DNA of 64,000 nt from a virus (Duplodnaviria > Caudoviricetes), in the IMG/VR virus record IMGVR_UViG_3300020577_007013. One strand, 5' to 3'. Numbering within the stretch: position 1 is the first letter of the stretch; each line of letters opens with the position of its first letter. Below, in pieces: positions 18,880-28,337 of this stretch. Both the position numbers and the translations under genes were made by a program. Under the pieces are notes generated by a model. That model was given only the letters and a program-made list of their open reading frames with translations. It was not told the DNA's origin and made no database searches.

Positions 18880-19110
18880 TTAGTCAATAATGTCCATCAA
18901 CTTTTCTTTGTATTCATCAATATAAAATGTTTTTAGTATGGATTCCATCGCTGTTCGTCCTGAAAGTAAGAGCACACTCACTCTATCGCAATAGTCACAT
19001 CTAAGAGTCAAGGTCGTCACTCCTACTGTGAGAATAGAATTCCACTGGGGCCTTTTGCAGAACTGACATTTGAAGTGGATGGACTTCTGGTCGCTTTTCC
19101 ATTTTATCAA
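18880..19110 (-). CDS. Small zinc-ribbon protein
   Basis: CQFC...CDYC. Confidence 0.5.
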   Translation of the reverse strand: MIKWKSDQKSIHFKCQFCKRPQWNSILTVGVTTLTLRCDYCDRVSVLLLSGRTAMESILKTFYIDEYKEKLMDIID

Positions 19111-19121
19111 AGGGTGATAGT

Positions 19122-19628
19122 TTATGAAAGATTAGTGTGACTAGTGTGCCATTTGCTAAATGGCATTTGGGCTAGAGATGTATTTAGGTACCTTCTGTCT
19201 TCTGTGACTTCTTTACCTAACCAATTCGGTGCATCAAAATCATCGAATGTCTCTGACGGAAGTTCTATCTCAGCTATTGAGAGACCTTGATTCACTCCTT
19301 TGAATTCGTCGATATCCCAGTAAAACTTCTTTCCTGTGAAAACCCTAAATCTTTCTTTCTCGATGACATTATATTTGCAAGAAGAGAGAAGTTGAAGGCC
19401 GTCTTCAGTAGGAACTTTATATTCGAACTCTTTTCTTGTCAAGTCTGATAGAGAAATCTTTAAGCAAAGTGTATAAAATGTCTCTCTCGGAGTTATGTCT
19501 TCCCTTATTCTTAGACATCTTTCTTTGTCAATGATTAGAAATCCCTGTCGTATTTTCCAATGCTCAGATGCTTTCTCTTTATAACCATCATTTTTGACAA
19601 GAAATTTTCTTTCAATTTCGATATTCAC
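19122..19628 (-). CDS. CYTH domain protein (triphosphate tunnel metalloenzyme)
   Basis: EIERKFLV, LRIR, EFEY, EKER, AEIEL, WLGKEVTEDRRY. Confidence 0.92.
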   Translation of the reverse strand: MNIEIERKFLVKNDGYKEKASEHWKIRQGFLIIDKERCLRIREDITPRETFYTLCLKISLSDLTRKEFEYKVPTEDGLQLLSSCKYNVIEKERFRVFTGKKFYWDIDEFKGVNQGLSIAEIELPSETFDDFDAPNWLGKEVTEDRRYLNTSLAQMPFSKWHTSHTNLS

Positions 19629-20233
19629 AACAATTCCTTCAGAGACTTAATAGAGTCCCTAACACCTTTGTGTTTTCCTTTTCGGTCAATTAAAATTGCA
19701 TTCATTCCTAATTTCTTAGGGATTAAATAGTCAGAGCTCATAGAGTCTCCAACAAAAAGTATTTCTTCAAGAGAAAGATCTTCAAAGACTTCCAATATTC
19801 TTTTGTAGATTGTCAGATTCGGTTTCCTAACCCCTAATTCGCAAGAGAAGATAGGGAAGTCTAGATAGCTTTCTAAACCGAAGTCACAATATGGATCTAT
19901 ATATTTCGTAGAGAGATTTGAAACACATGACATTGAGATCTTTTTATCGTTGAGAGCTGAAAGAACTTCCATTGTCTCGTCAAAAAGTTTGACTTCCTTT
20001 ACATCTTCCTCAACAAGCTTCTCATAATATTCTCTATCAAAGTCTTTGGTGAAAAGAAGTTCAGGTCTTCTTAAGAATTCAAAAGCATCAGTAGTAAGAC
20101 AAGCTTCTGTCATGGTGTAGAGAAGAGAATTGTCTTTGAGTTTTGACTTGAGATAATTGAAAGGATTTTCCCTATCTGATCTATGAATGAGAGTATCGTA
20201 GAGATCAAAGACTATGAGCCTAATATTGTCCAT
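19625..20233 (-). CDS. HAD-superfamily hydrolase
   Basis: FDLYDTL, VSN, RKP, FVGDS. Confidence 0.88.
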   Translation of the reverse strand: MDNIRLIVFDLYDTLIHRSDRENPFNYLKSKLKDNSLLYTMTEACLTTDAFEFLRRPELLFTKDFDREYYEKLVEEDVKEVKLFDETMEVLSALNDKKISMSCVSNLSTKYIDPYCDFGLESYLDFPIFSCELGVRKPNLTIYKRILEVFEDLSLEEILFVGDSMSSDYLIPKKLGMNAILIDRKGKHKGVRDSIKSLKELL

Positions 20234-20724
20234 TAGAAAGAAAGGAAGCCTCTTCTCACAGGTTTTTCATATATAGGTGACTGATGGTAGATATTTTCTT
20301 CACCGTCATTAATGAGATGATTGAGCTTTATTTTATCACTGTCTCGTTCATATTCATCTTTCATTCCGAAATGTTCAAGATCAAAAATGACATAGATCAT
20401 TATCTCTGCAGTTGCTAAGCTGTGGGTTTTCCAAACCTTGTATCCTAAATGTTCGAAGAGTCTTTGGAAGTCCAGAAGTTTCTCATTGAGAAATTCACAA
20501 TGCTCTCCTATGAATCCTACTGCAGGAATATTTCTTTCAATTGCATCTTCTATGGTCTCTTTTATCTCTACTGAAAGCCTATCTGACCTTTCTTTTTCTT
20601 GAGCTTTTATTAACTCTGAAATTTTCTTATTGACTTCAGATGCTTTAGGAAGATCAGAAAATTTTGAGAAGAGGTCTTCAGGAACCTCTTCACTTGAGTT
20701 TTGTTTGTCTAAAGAGACTTTCAT
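20233..20724 (-). CDS. Hypothetical protein
   Basis: ORF in operon. Confidence 0.55.
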   Translation of the reverse strand: MKVSLDKQNSSEEVPEDLFSKFSDLPKASEVNKKISELIKAQEKERSDRLSVEIKETIEDAIERNIPAVGFIGEHCEFLNEKLLDFQRLFEHLGYKVWKTHSLATAEIMIYVIFDLEHFGMKDEYERDSDKIKLNHLINDGEENIYHQSPIYEKPVRRGFLSF

Positions 20725-21122
20725 TTCAGTTCAGAAAGTTTGAATTCCAGAAACTTGATAGAGTTCTGAAAGTTTTTATGGAATAATTCCTGATCAATGT
20801 CTCTGAAAGATTTAAAGAGAACTGTCTCGATTTCTTTCCAATCCATTTCAGTTCCTGTTACCAGATCATGATCTCCGTGAACAAGTCTAGAGAGAAGCTT
20901 TTGTCTTGCTACTTTCTTAGAGTATTGATCTCTAGGATGAACAAGCACTTTAGCAAAGTGAACGTCCTTTCCATCTTTAGTAAGAGCAATCGCCAAAGCT
21001 CCTTTTGCTCTTTTCTCTTTGTCTTTTGATTTGACAACCTTGAAAAGTTCAAGGTATTCGTATCTATTCTCTACTGCTGTCTTAAGTCCTTCATGTATTC
21101 CGTTAAACAGTTCTGTTTTCAT
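20721..21122 (-). CDS. Hypothetical phage protein
   Basis: HPRDQYSKKVAR resembles a common phage small-protein motif. Confidence 0.55.
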   Translation of the reverse strand: MKTELFNGIHEGLKTAVENRYEYLELFKVVKSKDKEKRAKGALAIALTKDGKDVHFAKVLVHPRDQYSKKVARQKLLSRLVHGDHDLVTGTEMDWKEIETVLFKSFRDIDQELFHKNFQNSIKFLEFKLSELK

Positions 21123-21345
21123 TTTGTGCTCCTTTTAAAACTCGACTCCACCAACTGAAAAAACTTTTTTCTACCATCTGCATTGCTGTCATTTCAGAAT
21201 CAGCAATTGGTATTAGATCTCCTTTGAAAAATTTTGATTCCCATCTCCAAATTCCACCAGAGCTACTGACCTTTCCTATCCTCAGATTCTCCACTCTCGC
21301 TTCCTTGTTTCTTTGTCCTTTCCAAGTTATCTTTGGTTTTTTCAT
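21103..21345 (-). CDS. Hypothetical protein (start reassigned to MKKPKITW)
   Basis: AAGGAG RBS. Confidence 0.55.
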   Translation of the reverse strand: MKKPKITWKGQRNKEARVENLRIGKVSSSGGIWRWESKFFKGDLIPIADSEMTAMQMVEKSFFSWWSRVLKGAQNENRTV

Positions 21346-22069
21346 TTGAGTCTCCTTTAATGTATTCTTGAAGTATTTCATTCACAAAAGTATTAAACGA
21401 CTTACAGTCTTTCTTAGAGACTTCTTTCAGAAATTCGTAATCAGCATCTTGTAGTTCTACTTCGACTTGTTGCCTTCTGTCATTGTAGATGACTTCAGGT
21501 TCTTTACAGTATGTCTTCTTAATCCAGATTTTTGTGAACTCTGTGATCTGAGCTCTATTGGTAAACTTCTCAATAGGACAAAGCATATTCCAGATTTCTC
21601 TTTCATTGATGTCTAGATCATACATCTTGTTTTCTTCTTGAATGAACTTCTCCATCTCTAGACTATCAAGAGTAATGACCCAATCTATCCAACAAAACTT
21701 TTTGCAAGCTTCCTTGATATGATGGAAGAAATCTCTGAAAGCATCTTTGATGCAATATTTCCAAGAGAAGTATATGACCTTAGAATTGGTTAATCCCAAA
21801 AAATCTGAAGCCTCTTCCCCACCAAACGGGTATTTGATAGAAGCATTACCTAATGCATCCCAAAAAGCAATAGGACCTTGATAGAAGACTCTCCAAAGTC
21901 TCTGAGAGAATGTCTGATAGAGCTTCATGGAAACATCGACTCCATAGAGACATTCATCAGGTTGATCTTCAATGGCAGCGTCAGATTTTATCTCAAGTTT
22001 ATTGAACTTGTTTAGGTGTCGTTCTAGAGCATTAAGAGAGCGTTCTTGAAATCGTCTATAAAAAATCAT
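21263..22069 (-). CDS. Hypothetical protein with possible C-terminal ribbon-helix-helix
   Basis: QVEVELQDADYEFLKEVSKK...SFNTFVNEILQEYI. Confidence 0.55.
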   Translation of the reverse strand: MIFYRRFQERSLNALERHLNKFNKLEIKSDAAIEDQPDECLYGVDVSMKLYQTFSQRLWRVFYQGPIAFWDALGNASIKYPFGGEEASDFLGLTNSKVIYFSWKYCIKDAFRDFFHHIKEACKKFCWIDWVITLDSLEMEKFIQEENKMYDLDINEREIWNMLCPIEKFTNRAQITEFTKIWIKKTYCKEPEVIYNDRRQQVEVELQDADYEFLKEVSKKDCKSFNTFVNEILQEYIKGDSNEKTKDNLERTKKQGSESGESEDRKGQ

Positions 22070-22072
22070 TGA

Positions 22073-22441
22073 TTACCACAAATAAAGTATATTACTGAAT
22101 TCAGCAAGATCCTTTTTTATGTTGGGCTCTATAATCTTTTCCCAAATATGATATTTGTTGGCAAGTCCAGCACCTAATCTAGAAATGAGAAAAGTCTTAT
22201 CAGGACTCTTCTCTATCTCTTTCTTAAGTCGTTTGATCTCTATTTCATATTTGCTTGCATATTCTTCAGGAGTATATGAGTCAGAAGGATTATGTGTTGG
22301 AGCTTTCTTTGTGATGAATCCATACACATTTCTCTCATTCCTAAGAGCAGCAGCTCCACCATATCCTTTTCTTAAAAGGTTGTCACCGAAGACAAAAACG
22401 TGTTTTGGATTTTGTCTGAGATAATGTTTGTCGATTTCCAT
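22073..22441 (-). CDS. Conserved phage protein, possible Macro-like fold
   Basis: VFVFGDNLLRKGYGGAAALR...LGAGLA. Confidence 0.55.
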   Translation of the reverse strand: MEIDKHYLRQNPKHVFVFGDNLLRKGYGGAAALRNERNVYGFITKKAPTHNPSDSYTPEEYASKYEIEIKRLKKEIEKSPDKTFLISRLGAGLANKYHIWEKIIEPNIKKDLAEFSNILYLW

Positions 22442-22733
22442 CCATCCTCTTTTTGAAAACAGTCTTTCTAAATTCTAAAGGAAGCTGATAGACAGTAATG
22501 AGACATTTATCTCTGAAAAAGAAAATGACTTCTCCGTAAATTCTGACTTCATCTGCTACTTTATGCCTTTCAAATAGATCATCGAGATGTTTTCCTAGCG
22601 AGCCTGTTTTGAAGTCTTGTCTCTTAAGACCTTTTTCATAGGCACGTTGTGCAACTTTTGTTATTGACTCTCTTGTTAGAGAGAAACGTTCTTCTGCTCT
22701 TTGGATAGCATGATTACTTACGATCACTCTCAT
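22383..22733 (-). CDS. Small protein with HAxxRxxER motif (RelE/BECR-like fold candidate)
   Basis: VSNHAIQRAEERF...LITVY. Confidence 0.5.
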   Translation of the reverse strand: MRVIVSNHAIQRAEERFSLTRESITKVAQRAYEKGLKRQDFKTGSLGKHLDDLFERHKVADEVRIYGEVIFFFRDKCLITVYQLPLEFRKTVFKKRMDGNRQTLSQTKSKTRFCLR

Positions 22734-23013
22734 ACGCTTTGATTGAATCCCCTAGAGATTTTCTAAGTTTTTTCATATTGTCGAGATCGAGAATAATTGT
22801 GTCAAACTCACCGTAGCGAGATTTATGACCAATAAGAAACTTGACAGCAAGAACAAGCCTATGCCAGAATGTATGACCATTGAGGTGAATATTGAGATAG
22901 ATCTCCTTTTCTTCCCATTCACTATAATCAACTGGCTTAGTGATTATAAGCTGATGGGAAGTGTCTTCACAGTTACAGACAAAGAGTTCGTGATCGAAGA
23001 TCTTAGTCCTCAT
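22714..23013 (-). CDS. Hypothetical protein (start reassigned)
   Basis: CNCEDTSH motif; ORF in operon. Confidence 0.55.
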   Translation of the reverse strand: MRTKIFDHELFVCNCEDTSHQLIITKPVDYSEWEEKEIYLNIHLNGHTFWHRLVLAVKFLIGHKSRYGEFDTIILDLDNMKKLRKSLGDSIKAYESDRK

Positions 23014-24193
23014 CTTCATCCTCCGGTTGTTCTTCATTTTCTTCTTCAATTTTCTCAAGTCCTTTAGCTAGAACGTCTTGAAGAAACTCTTGAGTATTGA
23101 CATCTCCTGGATTCCAGCTCACATTAGAGTTCTGTTTGTGAGAGTCTTTGTAGAATTGTACCACATTCTGAAGAGATTTTTTCAGAGACATTTTGTAGAC
23201 GATATGATTGACGAGAATTTGAATGACACCGTCTATCGGCATTCCTTTGTAATCTTTCACGATTATGTTGAGAACTTCGTCAGTGATGGAGGGAAGCTTC
23301 TTTCTGATAATCGTCTTGTAAGCTTCTGCATCAACCTCATCGACACGAATACGATGACGAATTCTTCCTGGTCTTCTGATAAGAGAATCAGAAAGACGGA
23401 GAGTATTGTTCGTAGTGTAGAGTGTCATGACTCCGTTGAGAGGAACAGGACCGGCAAGAAAGCTGCTTAAAGTTTTGTCATTGTAACGGATTTTATCGAG
23501 TTCATCTATGAGAAGAAGGATGTTTGAGTCTGTGTCATTCGACCTTATGAAGTCTACAGCTGTCTGAAACAGATCTGGAGTCTTACACCAAATCGCAATT
23601 CCACCACGTTTGATAAAATGCTTTGAAGCAGCTGAAGCAAGAGTTGTTTTACCTGTACCAGGAGGACCGTCTAAGATGACTCCTTCATGATGAGAAACAC
23701 CGATTTGTTTGTATTTGTCTTTATTGTCGAAGAAGTTATCCATAATTGAGACGAGATGCTTGTAGTTCTCAGTCTCAGTAAAGTCGACTTCATCATCTTC
23801 TAAGGTAAGTAGGTAAGGTTGAGGGGCCAATCCTCCTGTGAAGTTCAACTCATAAATTCCAGGAACTACTAAGTCTCTCTTTTCACCTGGATTAAATCCT
23901 AAATGAAATTCAGCTCCTCTTTGAAAGTATCCTGATCCTTCAGAAGGTCTTGTCCCTGTCAATTGAATAAAATTTTTCTGAAAGTCTCTTCCCCAATTCC
24001 AGAGATTATTCTCATGTTCAGATGGCTTTTTATTGTCAGCGATCTTCAGTGTAGCATGGTACTTGCTGCCTCTGTGAAAATCAACACATTCGAGAACCTT
24101 ATATCCGAAGACATAAGTCATTTCCTTGTTCCAACCGTCTTGAAGTTCTTGTGGACCTATGTAAATGTATTTTGCACCTTTTGTAAATTTCAT
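23003..24193 (-). CDS. AAA+ ATPase with N-terminal extension
   Basis: GPPGTGKT, LLIDELD, TTN, RRPGR. Confidence 0.9.
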   Translation of the reverse strand: MKFTKGAKYIYIGPQELQDGWNKEMTYVFGYKVLECVDFHRGSKYHATLKIADNKKPSEHENNLWNWGRDFQKNFIQLTGTRPSEGSGYFQRGAEFHLGFNPGEKRDLVVPGIYELNFTGGLAPQPYLLTLEDDEVDFTETENYKHLVSIMDNFFDNKDKYKQIGVSHHEGVILDGPPGTGKTTLASAASKHFIKRGGIAIWCKTPDLFQTAVDFIRSNDTDSNILLLIDELDKIRYNDKTLSSFLAGPVPLNGVMTLYTTNNTLRLSDSLIRRPGRIRHRIRVDEVDAEAYKTIIRKKLPSITDEVLNIIVKDYKGMPIDGVIQILVNHIVYKMSLKKSLQNVVQFYKDSHKQNSNVSWNPGDVNTQEFLQDVLAKGLEKIEEENEEQPEDEDED

Positions 24194-24200
24194 GGTTATG

Positions 24201-24207
24201 TATATTA
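24201..24207 (-). promoter_or_regulatory. TAATATA -10-like element 7 nt before ATG
   Basis: Recurrent motif and spacing. Confidence 0.55.
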
Positions 24208-24208
24208 T

Positions 24209-24382
24209 CTACTTTCGATTTTCCGTCTTCTTTTTATAAGAATTCCCACACCAAGGATTTAAACAGTGCCGACCTTTTTTATAGAAAATCCATAGGAAAT
24301 AGTGTCTTACTAAAGAAGATCCACATTCTTTGCAGAACGGTTTCTTGTCTCCTGTATATTGGAAGACTTTATTTCGTCTCAT
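24209..24382 (-). CDS. Small zinc-finger protein (57 aa, missed by ORF track)
   Basis: MRRNKVF...CKECG...CLNPWC. Confidence 0.5.
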   Translation of the reverse strand: MRRNKVFQYTGDKKPFCKECGSSLVRHYFLWIFYKKGRHCLNPWCGNSYKKKTENRK

Positions 24383-24596
24383 AAATTTCCCAATCAGTTC
24401 TCTCTAAGTCTTTTAACCTTAAAGTAAGATCTGCAAACTCATGTCCATACTGCTTTAGTCCATCATTCTTTTCATAGAATGTATCGAGAGTTTTGTCATA
24501 TCCGACTCTATAATGTCTCTTGACAAGGAATTCATCATTAGGGTGATGTATCTCTCCACCATTTTTTAAATGGTCTATAAAGTCTGAGAGTCTCAT
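24369..24596 (-). CDS. Hypothetical protein
   Basis: ORF in operon. Confidence 0.55.
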   Translation of the reverse strand: MRLSDFIDHLKNGGEIHHPNDEFLVKRHYRVGYDKTLDTFYEKNDGLKQYGHEFADLTLRLKDLERTDWEIYETK

Positions 24597-24823
24597 TCAC
24601 AAGGTCCTAGATAAGTTGTTTCTTCACCGAGACTCATATATTCTTTTCCATGTTTACGGTCACAGACAGTAACAATGTAACGTCGATACCAACTAGGTGT
24701 GTCGTGTCTTTCCATAGAGAATCTTCCATTCTCTATTTTGTCTTTAGTGATTGCTCCTGAATTGCTTACATGACACTCACAATTTGAAAGTATCAAACAA
24801 AGAAATGGTAATAATTTTTTCAC
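24593..24823 (-). CDS. Small putative lipoprotein
   Basis: MKKLLPFLCLILSNC. Confidence 0.55.
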   Translation of the reverse strand: MKKLLPFLCLILSNCECHVSNSGAITKDKIENGRFSMERHDTPSWYRRYIVTVCDRKHGKEYMSLGEETTYLGPCE

Positions 24824-25239
24824 ATTAACTCCAAATGACCTGTAATTTTATCTATGTCTTCTGACCAATTAGGTCCTATAGCACAACAAGTATGAGTAGG
24901 AACTCCATTAAACTCTGTCTTTCCACTATCTTGAATGAGAGACGTCATGAGTCCTGCTTCCTTTGCTTTGTTATGCAACTCTAAAAGTTGCTCTTCTGAG
25001 TCTACTTTGAGAACCACTTTAGTAAATGATCCATTAACCCATCTATCGATTGGGTCATCCTTTTCAAAGTAAAGAGTCTTGGATTTTTTAGACGGAAAGA
25101 GTCTGACAAACTTACTCTCTCCATACATTCTGTCAAGAAGAACTTTGAGAGAAGCATGTGCCACTTGACTTGCAATTTTTCCTTTCCGAACTTTTAAATA
25201 GTTTGCCCACAGAATGACTTGCTTGACTTCCTTTACCAT
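24820..25239 (-). CDS. pth2: Peptidyl-tRNA hydrolase 2
   Basis: KQVI, GKIASQVAHAS, KVVLKV, IQDSGKTEF, AIGP, ITGHLEL. Confidence 0.93.
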   Translation of the reverse strand: MVKEVKQVILWANYLKVRKGKIASQVAHASLKVLLDRMYGESKFVRLFPSKKSKTLYFEKDDPIDRWVNGSFTKVVLKVDSEEQLLELHNKAKEAGLMTSLIQDSGKTEFNGVPTHTCCAIGPNWSEDIDKITGHLELM

Positions 25240-25727
25240 TCGCTTCTCCTTTCTCTGAATAGGTCTGCTATCCAGTTAAAAATTCGTTTACTAAGCTTTT
25301 CTTTTTTAGGATGCTCACCATGAATGGGATTCTCTATGATGACCCTACCTCCGACTATTCCTTTAGAGAAAGTAATTCTGACTAAATGAACTCCTCTTTC
25401 AGAATTTATGCACTCAAGTTCACCGTCGTAGTGTTCTCTATCCCATTTGTCGAAGACAATTTTGTATCTTTCCTTTTTAGGTGGATCGAAAAGCTCTTTT
25501 TGGCTAGAAGGAATCTTCGAATATTTCATGACCTCGTCTGTGTAGTCAGTGAGAATCTCGTCTTTGGATTTCTCAACTTTCTTATGAACAGCTTTGTAAA
25601 GCTTTCCTGTCTTACTCACTCTGTAGATTCCTTCTACTTTGTTTCTTCTCTTGACAAGAAAAGGTTCTCTTAAATTGAGAGAAGTAATCTCTGGAAGTTG
25701 GATCGTAATCTTATCGAACTCAGTCAT
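25233..25727 (-). CDS. Hypothetical protein
   Basis: ORF in operon. Confidence 0.55.
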   Translation of the reverse strand: MTEFDKITIQLPEITSLNLREPFLVKRRNKVEGIYRVSKTGKLYKAVHKKVEKSKDEILTDYTDEVMKYSKIPSSQKELFDPPKKERYKIVFDKWDREHYDGELECINSERGVHLVRITFSKGIVGGRVIIENPIHGEHPKKEKLSKRIFNWIADLFRERRSEW

Positions 25728-25996
25728 TTTTCAATTTCCTCATTGAGAACCTTATTGTTGAGGTATTGGATGACATTGTTGTAGTCAATGTTCTCATCTC
25801 TTATCATTGTGAGATTCAGTACCTTCGAGAAATCATCTATGTATTTCTTACCGAAGAGAAGTCTGAACTTTCCGTCCTTCCCTTTCTCAATAGAGAGAAC
25901 GGTATTGTCAGTATCTATGCAAGCTGCTTTGCTTATCTCAAAGTCTTTGCAATTATTGTCAGAGAAGTTGATTCGAATTGTTCTCTTAGGATCCAC
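25724..25996 (-). CDS. Hypothetical protein (start reassigned to GTG, MDPKRT)
   Basis: The upstream part of the track ORF is a frame shadow of the neighbour's Ser/Gly tail. Confidence 0.5.
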   Translation of the reverse strand: MDPKRTIRINFSDNNCKDFEISKAACIDTDNTVLSIEKGKDGKFRLLFGKKYIDDFSKVLNLTMIRDENIDYNNVIQYLNNKVLNEEIEK

Positions 25997-26318
25997 AGCC
26001 AGCGCCACCACAACTACTTCCACATGACGAGCCACTGCTCGAAGAGCCGCCACATGATGAGCCACATGAAGAACTTGAACTAGAACTACTGCTTCCACTA
26101 TCAGAAGAACTGTATGATGAGTCGGCTAATCCGATGTAAGCAGAGATCATTGAATTGGAATTGGACTCATAAATAGCTATTCCATTCTTGTCAGTAGACG
26201 TTTTGGTGAGCTTGACTTTCTTAAGCCCTTTAAGCTTTGTAAAATGCTTCCTACAGAAAGCATGCCCTTTCACTTTAAAGGCTACAGTATTTCCACATTT
26301 TTTCACAGTGCATTTCAT
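25986..26318 (-). CDS. CCCH zinc-finger protein with Ser/Gly/Cys-rich tail
   Basis: CTVKKC...FCRKH; tail SSCGSSCGG...GCGS. Confidence 0.65.
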   Translation of the reverse strand: MKCTVKKCGNTVAFKVKGHAFCRKHFTKLKGLKKVKLTKTSTDKNGIAIYESNSNSMISAYIGLADSSYSSSDSGSSSSSSSSSCGSSCGGSSSSGSSCGSSCGGAGCGS

Positions 26319-26329
26319 ATTGTCCTTCC

Positions 26330-26581
26330 TTAAATTAAAATGTTGATAACTTTGAAACTGTCTTTAGTGCGGAAGCTGAAGAAAGAGAATGGCTCGCTAG
26401 CGATCATCTTCTCTAAAGAAGACTCGTCAATTTCGCAGACCGCCATCATGTCTTTCTCTTCATTATAAGAAGACACAATGTAGTATCTTCCTTCTCCGTC
26501 ATTTATCAGACTTTTGCTTTTCATCTTGAGTGTATCCCAAGCTCTGTTTAATCTTTCTCTCGTGTTTCTTTTGTTCATCAC
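26330..26581 (-). CDS. Hypothetical protein
   Basis: ORF directly after tnpB. Confidence 0.5.
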   Translation of the reverse strand: MMNKRNTRERLNRAWDTLKMKSKSLINDGEGRYYIVSSYNEEKDMMAVCEIDESSLEKMIASEPFSFFSFRTKDSFKVINILI

Positions 26582-26583
26582 CT

Positions 26584-27657
26584 TTAGCAGTTGACTATCC
26601 TTCCTTCAGTAGAGAAACTGCAAGTTCCTCTATGCAAAATATTGATGGCAGCATTGTGATCTGCGTCCATCTCGATCCCACAAACACATTTATAAAGTTC
26701 TCCTTTACGGTTCTCTTTATCAACGGTTCCACAATTTGAACAAGTCTGGCTTGTATAAGCTGCTTCGACTTTCTGAAAAAGAAAACCTTTCTCTTCAGAA
26801 AGTCTCTCTAGCTTACCTAGAGCTTGTCTGTAACTCCAATATTGCAATTTATTTAAAGATTTCGTTGAGAGCTTTGATTTATGCTTGACATTCTTGAGGT
26901 CTTCAACAAAAAGCTCTTTTGGTTGGGTCTGCTTTTCAAATTCATTGCAGACTCTATTGATCTCATTTTTCTTATGGACATTCAGTCGTTTGAATTTTTT
27001 GCTTCCTCTTTTCTTTTTTGAGAGTCTGAGGTAGAAGTCTTCGAGATTTTTTCCATGAAAATTTCCTTCTGAATCTGAAATTAGCTTTTTGTACCCGATA
27101 TCAATTCCGATCGTCGGTCCATCTGTCCTTTCAATTTTTTCAGATTTTTCCCAAAAAAGTTGAACATAATAATTGTTATTATTTTTTATAATCTGAAAAG
27201 TCTTTTTTAAAGTCCAACCATTCTCTGAGTATTTTCTCGAATGTCTATGAAATTTAATTGGAAGGAATATTTTTGATTTAATTTTCATTCCATAAGGAAG
27301 TCTGACCCTAAAAAACCCATCGAAATCTTCTGTCTTTTCTTCTAGAAAGTCTACGGAATATAGATCAATCAAAACTTTTTTTACTTTTGGATAATTGTAT
27401 CCTTCCGGATCTTTCGAGAGACAAGATCTGACAATTCCAGAAGCTTGTTTATAAGTCTTTGTGAGCCATCTAGAGTCTCTAAAGACTTTTCCTTCTAAAT
27501 TTTTGGAACTAGCTAATTTCTTAGTTGAAATTACATCGGTCCACATTAGGTGAATCATACTCTGCAATTCGACTTTGTAGTCTTCGAAAAGTCTATCAAG
27601 CCACTTCAGTTTTCCTTTATTGGCGAATTTGAGAGTATGTCTAGAAGTACGAATCAT
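26584..27657 (-). CDS. tnpB: TnpB RNA-guided nuclease (IS200/IS605/IS607 family), no transposase nearby
   Basis: IGIDIG, FVEDL, YTSQTCSNCG, CVCG, DADHNAAINI; D-E-D triad intact. Confidence 0.92.
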   Translation of the reverse strand: MIRTSRHTLKFANKGKLKWLDRLFEDYKVELQSMIHLMWTDVISTKKLASSKNLEGKVFRDSRWLTKTYKQASGIVRSCLSKDPEGYNYPKVKKVLIDLYSVDFLEEKTEDFDGFFRVRLPYGMKIKSKIFLPIKFHRHSRKYSENGWTLKKTFQIIKNNNNYYVQLFWEKSEKIERTDGPTIGIDIGYKKLISDSEGNFHGKNLEDFYLRLSKKKRGSKKFKRLNVHKKNEINRVCNEFEKQTQPKELFVEDLKNVKHKSKLSTKSLNKLQYWSYRQALGKLERLSEEKGFLFQKVEAAYTSQTCSNCGTVDKENRKGELYKCVCGIEMDADHNAAINILHRGTCSFSTEGRIVNC

Positions 27658-27664
27658 CTATATT

Positions 27665-27829
27665 TTAAGCGTCTAGGAAATGTTTCCCTGTCCACTTGTG
27701 CACTATAACTATAATATTCCTTTTATCGAACTCTTCCTTAAGTGGAAGCTCTGGAAGATTTCTACTCTTCAAATAGCGATTGATCTCTTCTAAGAGCTCT
27801 AGGTTGTCTAGTCGATCTTCTTCGTCCAT
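27665..27829 (-). CDS. Small hypothetical protein (54 aa, missed by ORF track)
   Basis: ATG overlaps upstream TGA; MDEEDRLDNLE... Confidence 0.45.
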   Translation of the reverse strand: MDEEDRLDNLELLEEINRYLKSRNLPELPLKEEFDKRNIIVIVHKWTGKHFLDA

Positions 27830-28302
27830 CAGATAAATGACTCCAAGGCTTCCTTGGCTTTCTTTTCTTTTTCAAGTCTAATGTCTCTATAGAGTTTGGA
27901 AGTTCTTTCCTTAGACTCTTTGAGAATAATCTCGAATAAAGCGAAGCATAATTTATATTGAGAATGAGTCTTCTTTACGTAAGTGCTGAACTCACAATTG
28001 TAGGATCTGAGAAGTGACTCTTTGTCAACTGAAGATAAGTCAGTCCATTTCTTTCTTATTGCTAACAGAATATTAGGATTGTCACCTACCATCTGAAGAC
28101 AGAAGACTTTATTTCCTGAAGGTTGCTCCATCCAGACAGTGGTAGTCTTTTTCTTAGAGTGACTATGATATTCATGACCACCGACTTTTGATTTGTTCTT
28201 ATCAAATGAAAGGAAGATTTTATCTAGAGTAGAATCCAGAATCTCTCCGTATTCATGAGGAACGATTTCTTCCTTCTTTTTAAAACTTCCGAAAGGGTAC
28301 AT
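27829..28302 (-). CDS. Hypothetical protein
   Basis: ORF. Confidence 0.55.
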   Translation of the reverse strand: MYPFGSFKKKEEIVPHEYGEILDSTLDKIFLSFDKNKSKVGGHEYHSHSKKKTTTVWMEQPSGNKVFCLQMVGDNPNILLAIRKKWTDLSSVDKESLLRSYNCEFSTYVKKTHSQYKLCFALFEIILKESKERTSKLYRDIRLEKEKKAKEALESFI

Positions 28303-28337
28303 GGTTAATTATCCTAGACTGTGTTTCTATTCGAAAA

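Noticed and set aside
25997..26098. Val/His/Ala-rich N-terminus of track ORF 25724..26098
   Set aside because: Alternative-frame reading of the neighbour's Ser/Gly/Cys tail; the likely start is GTG at 25996.
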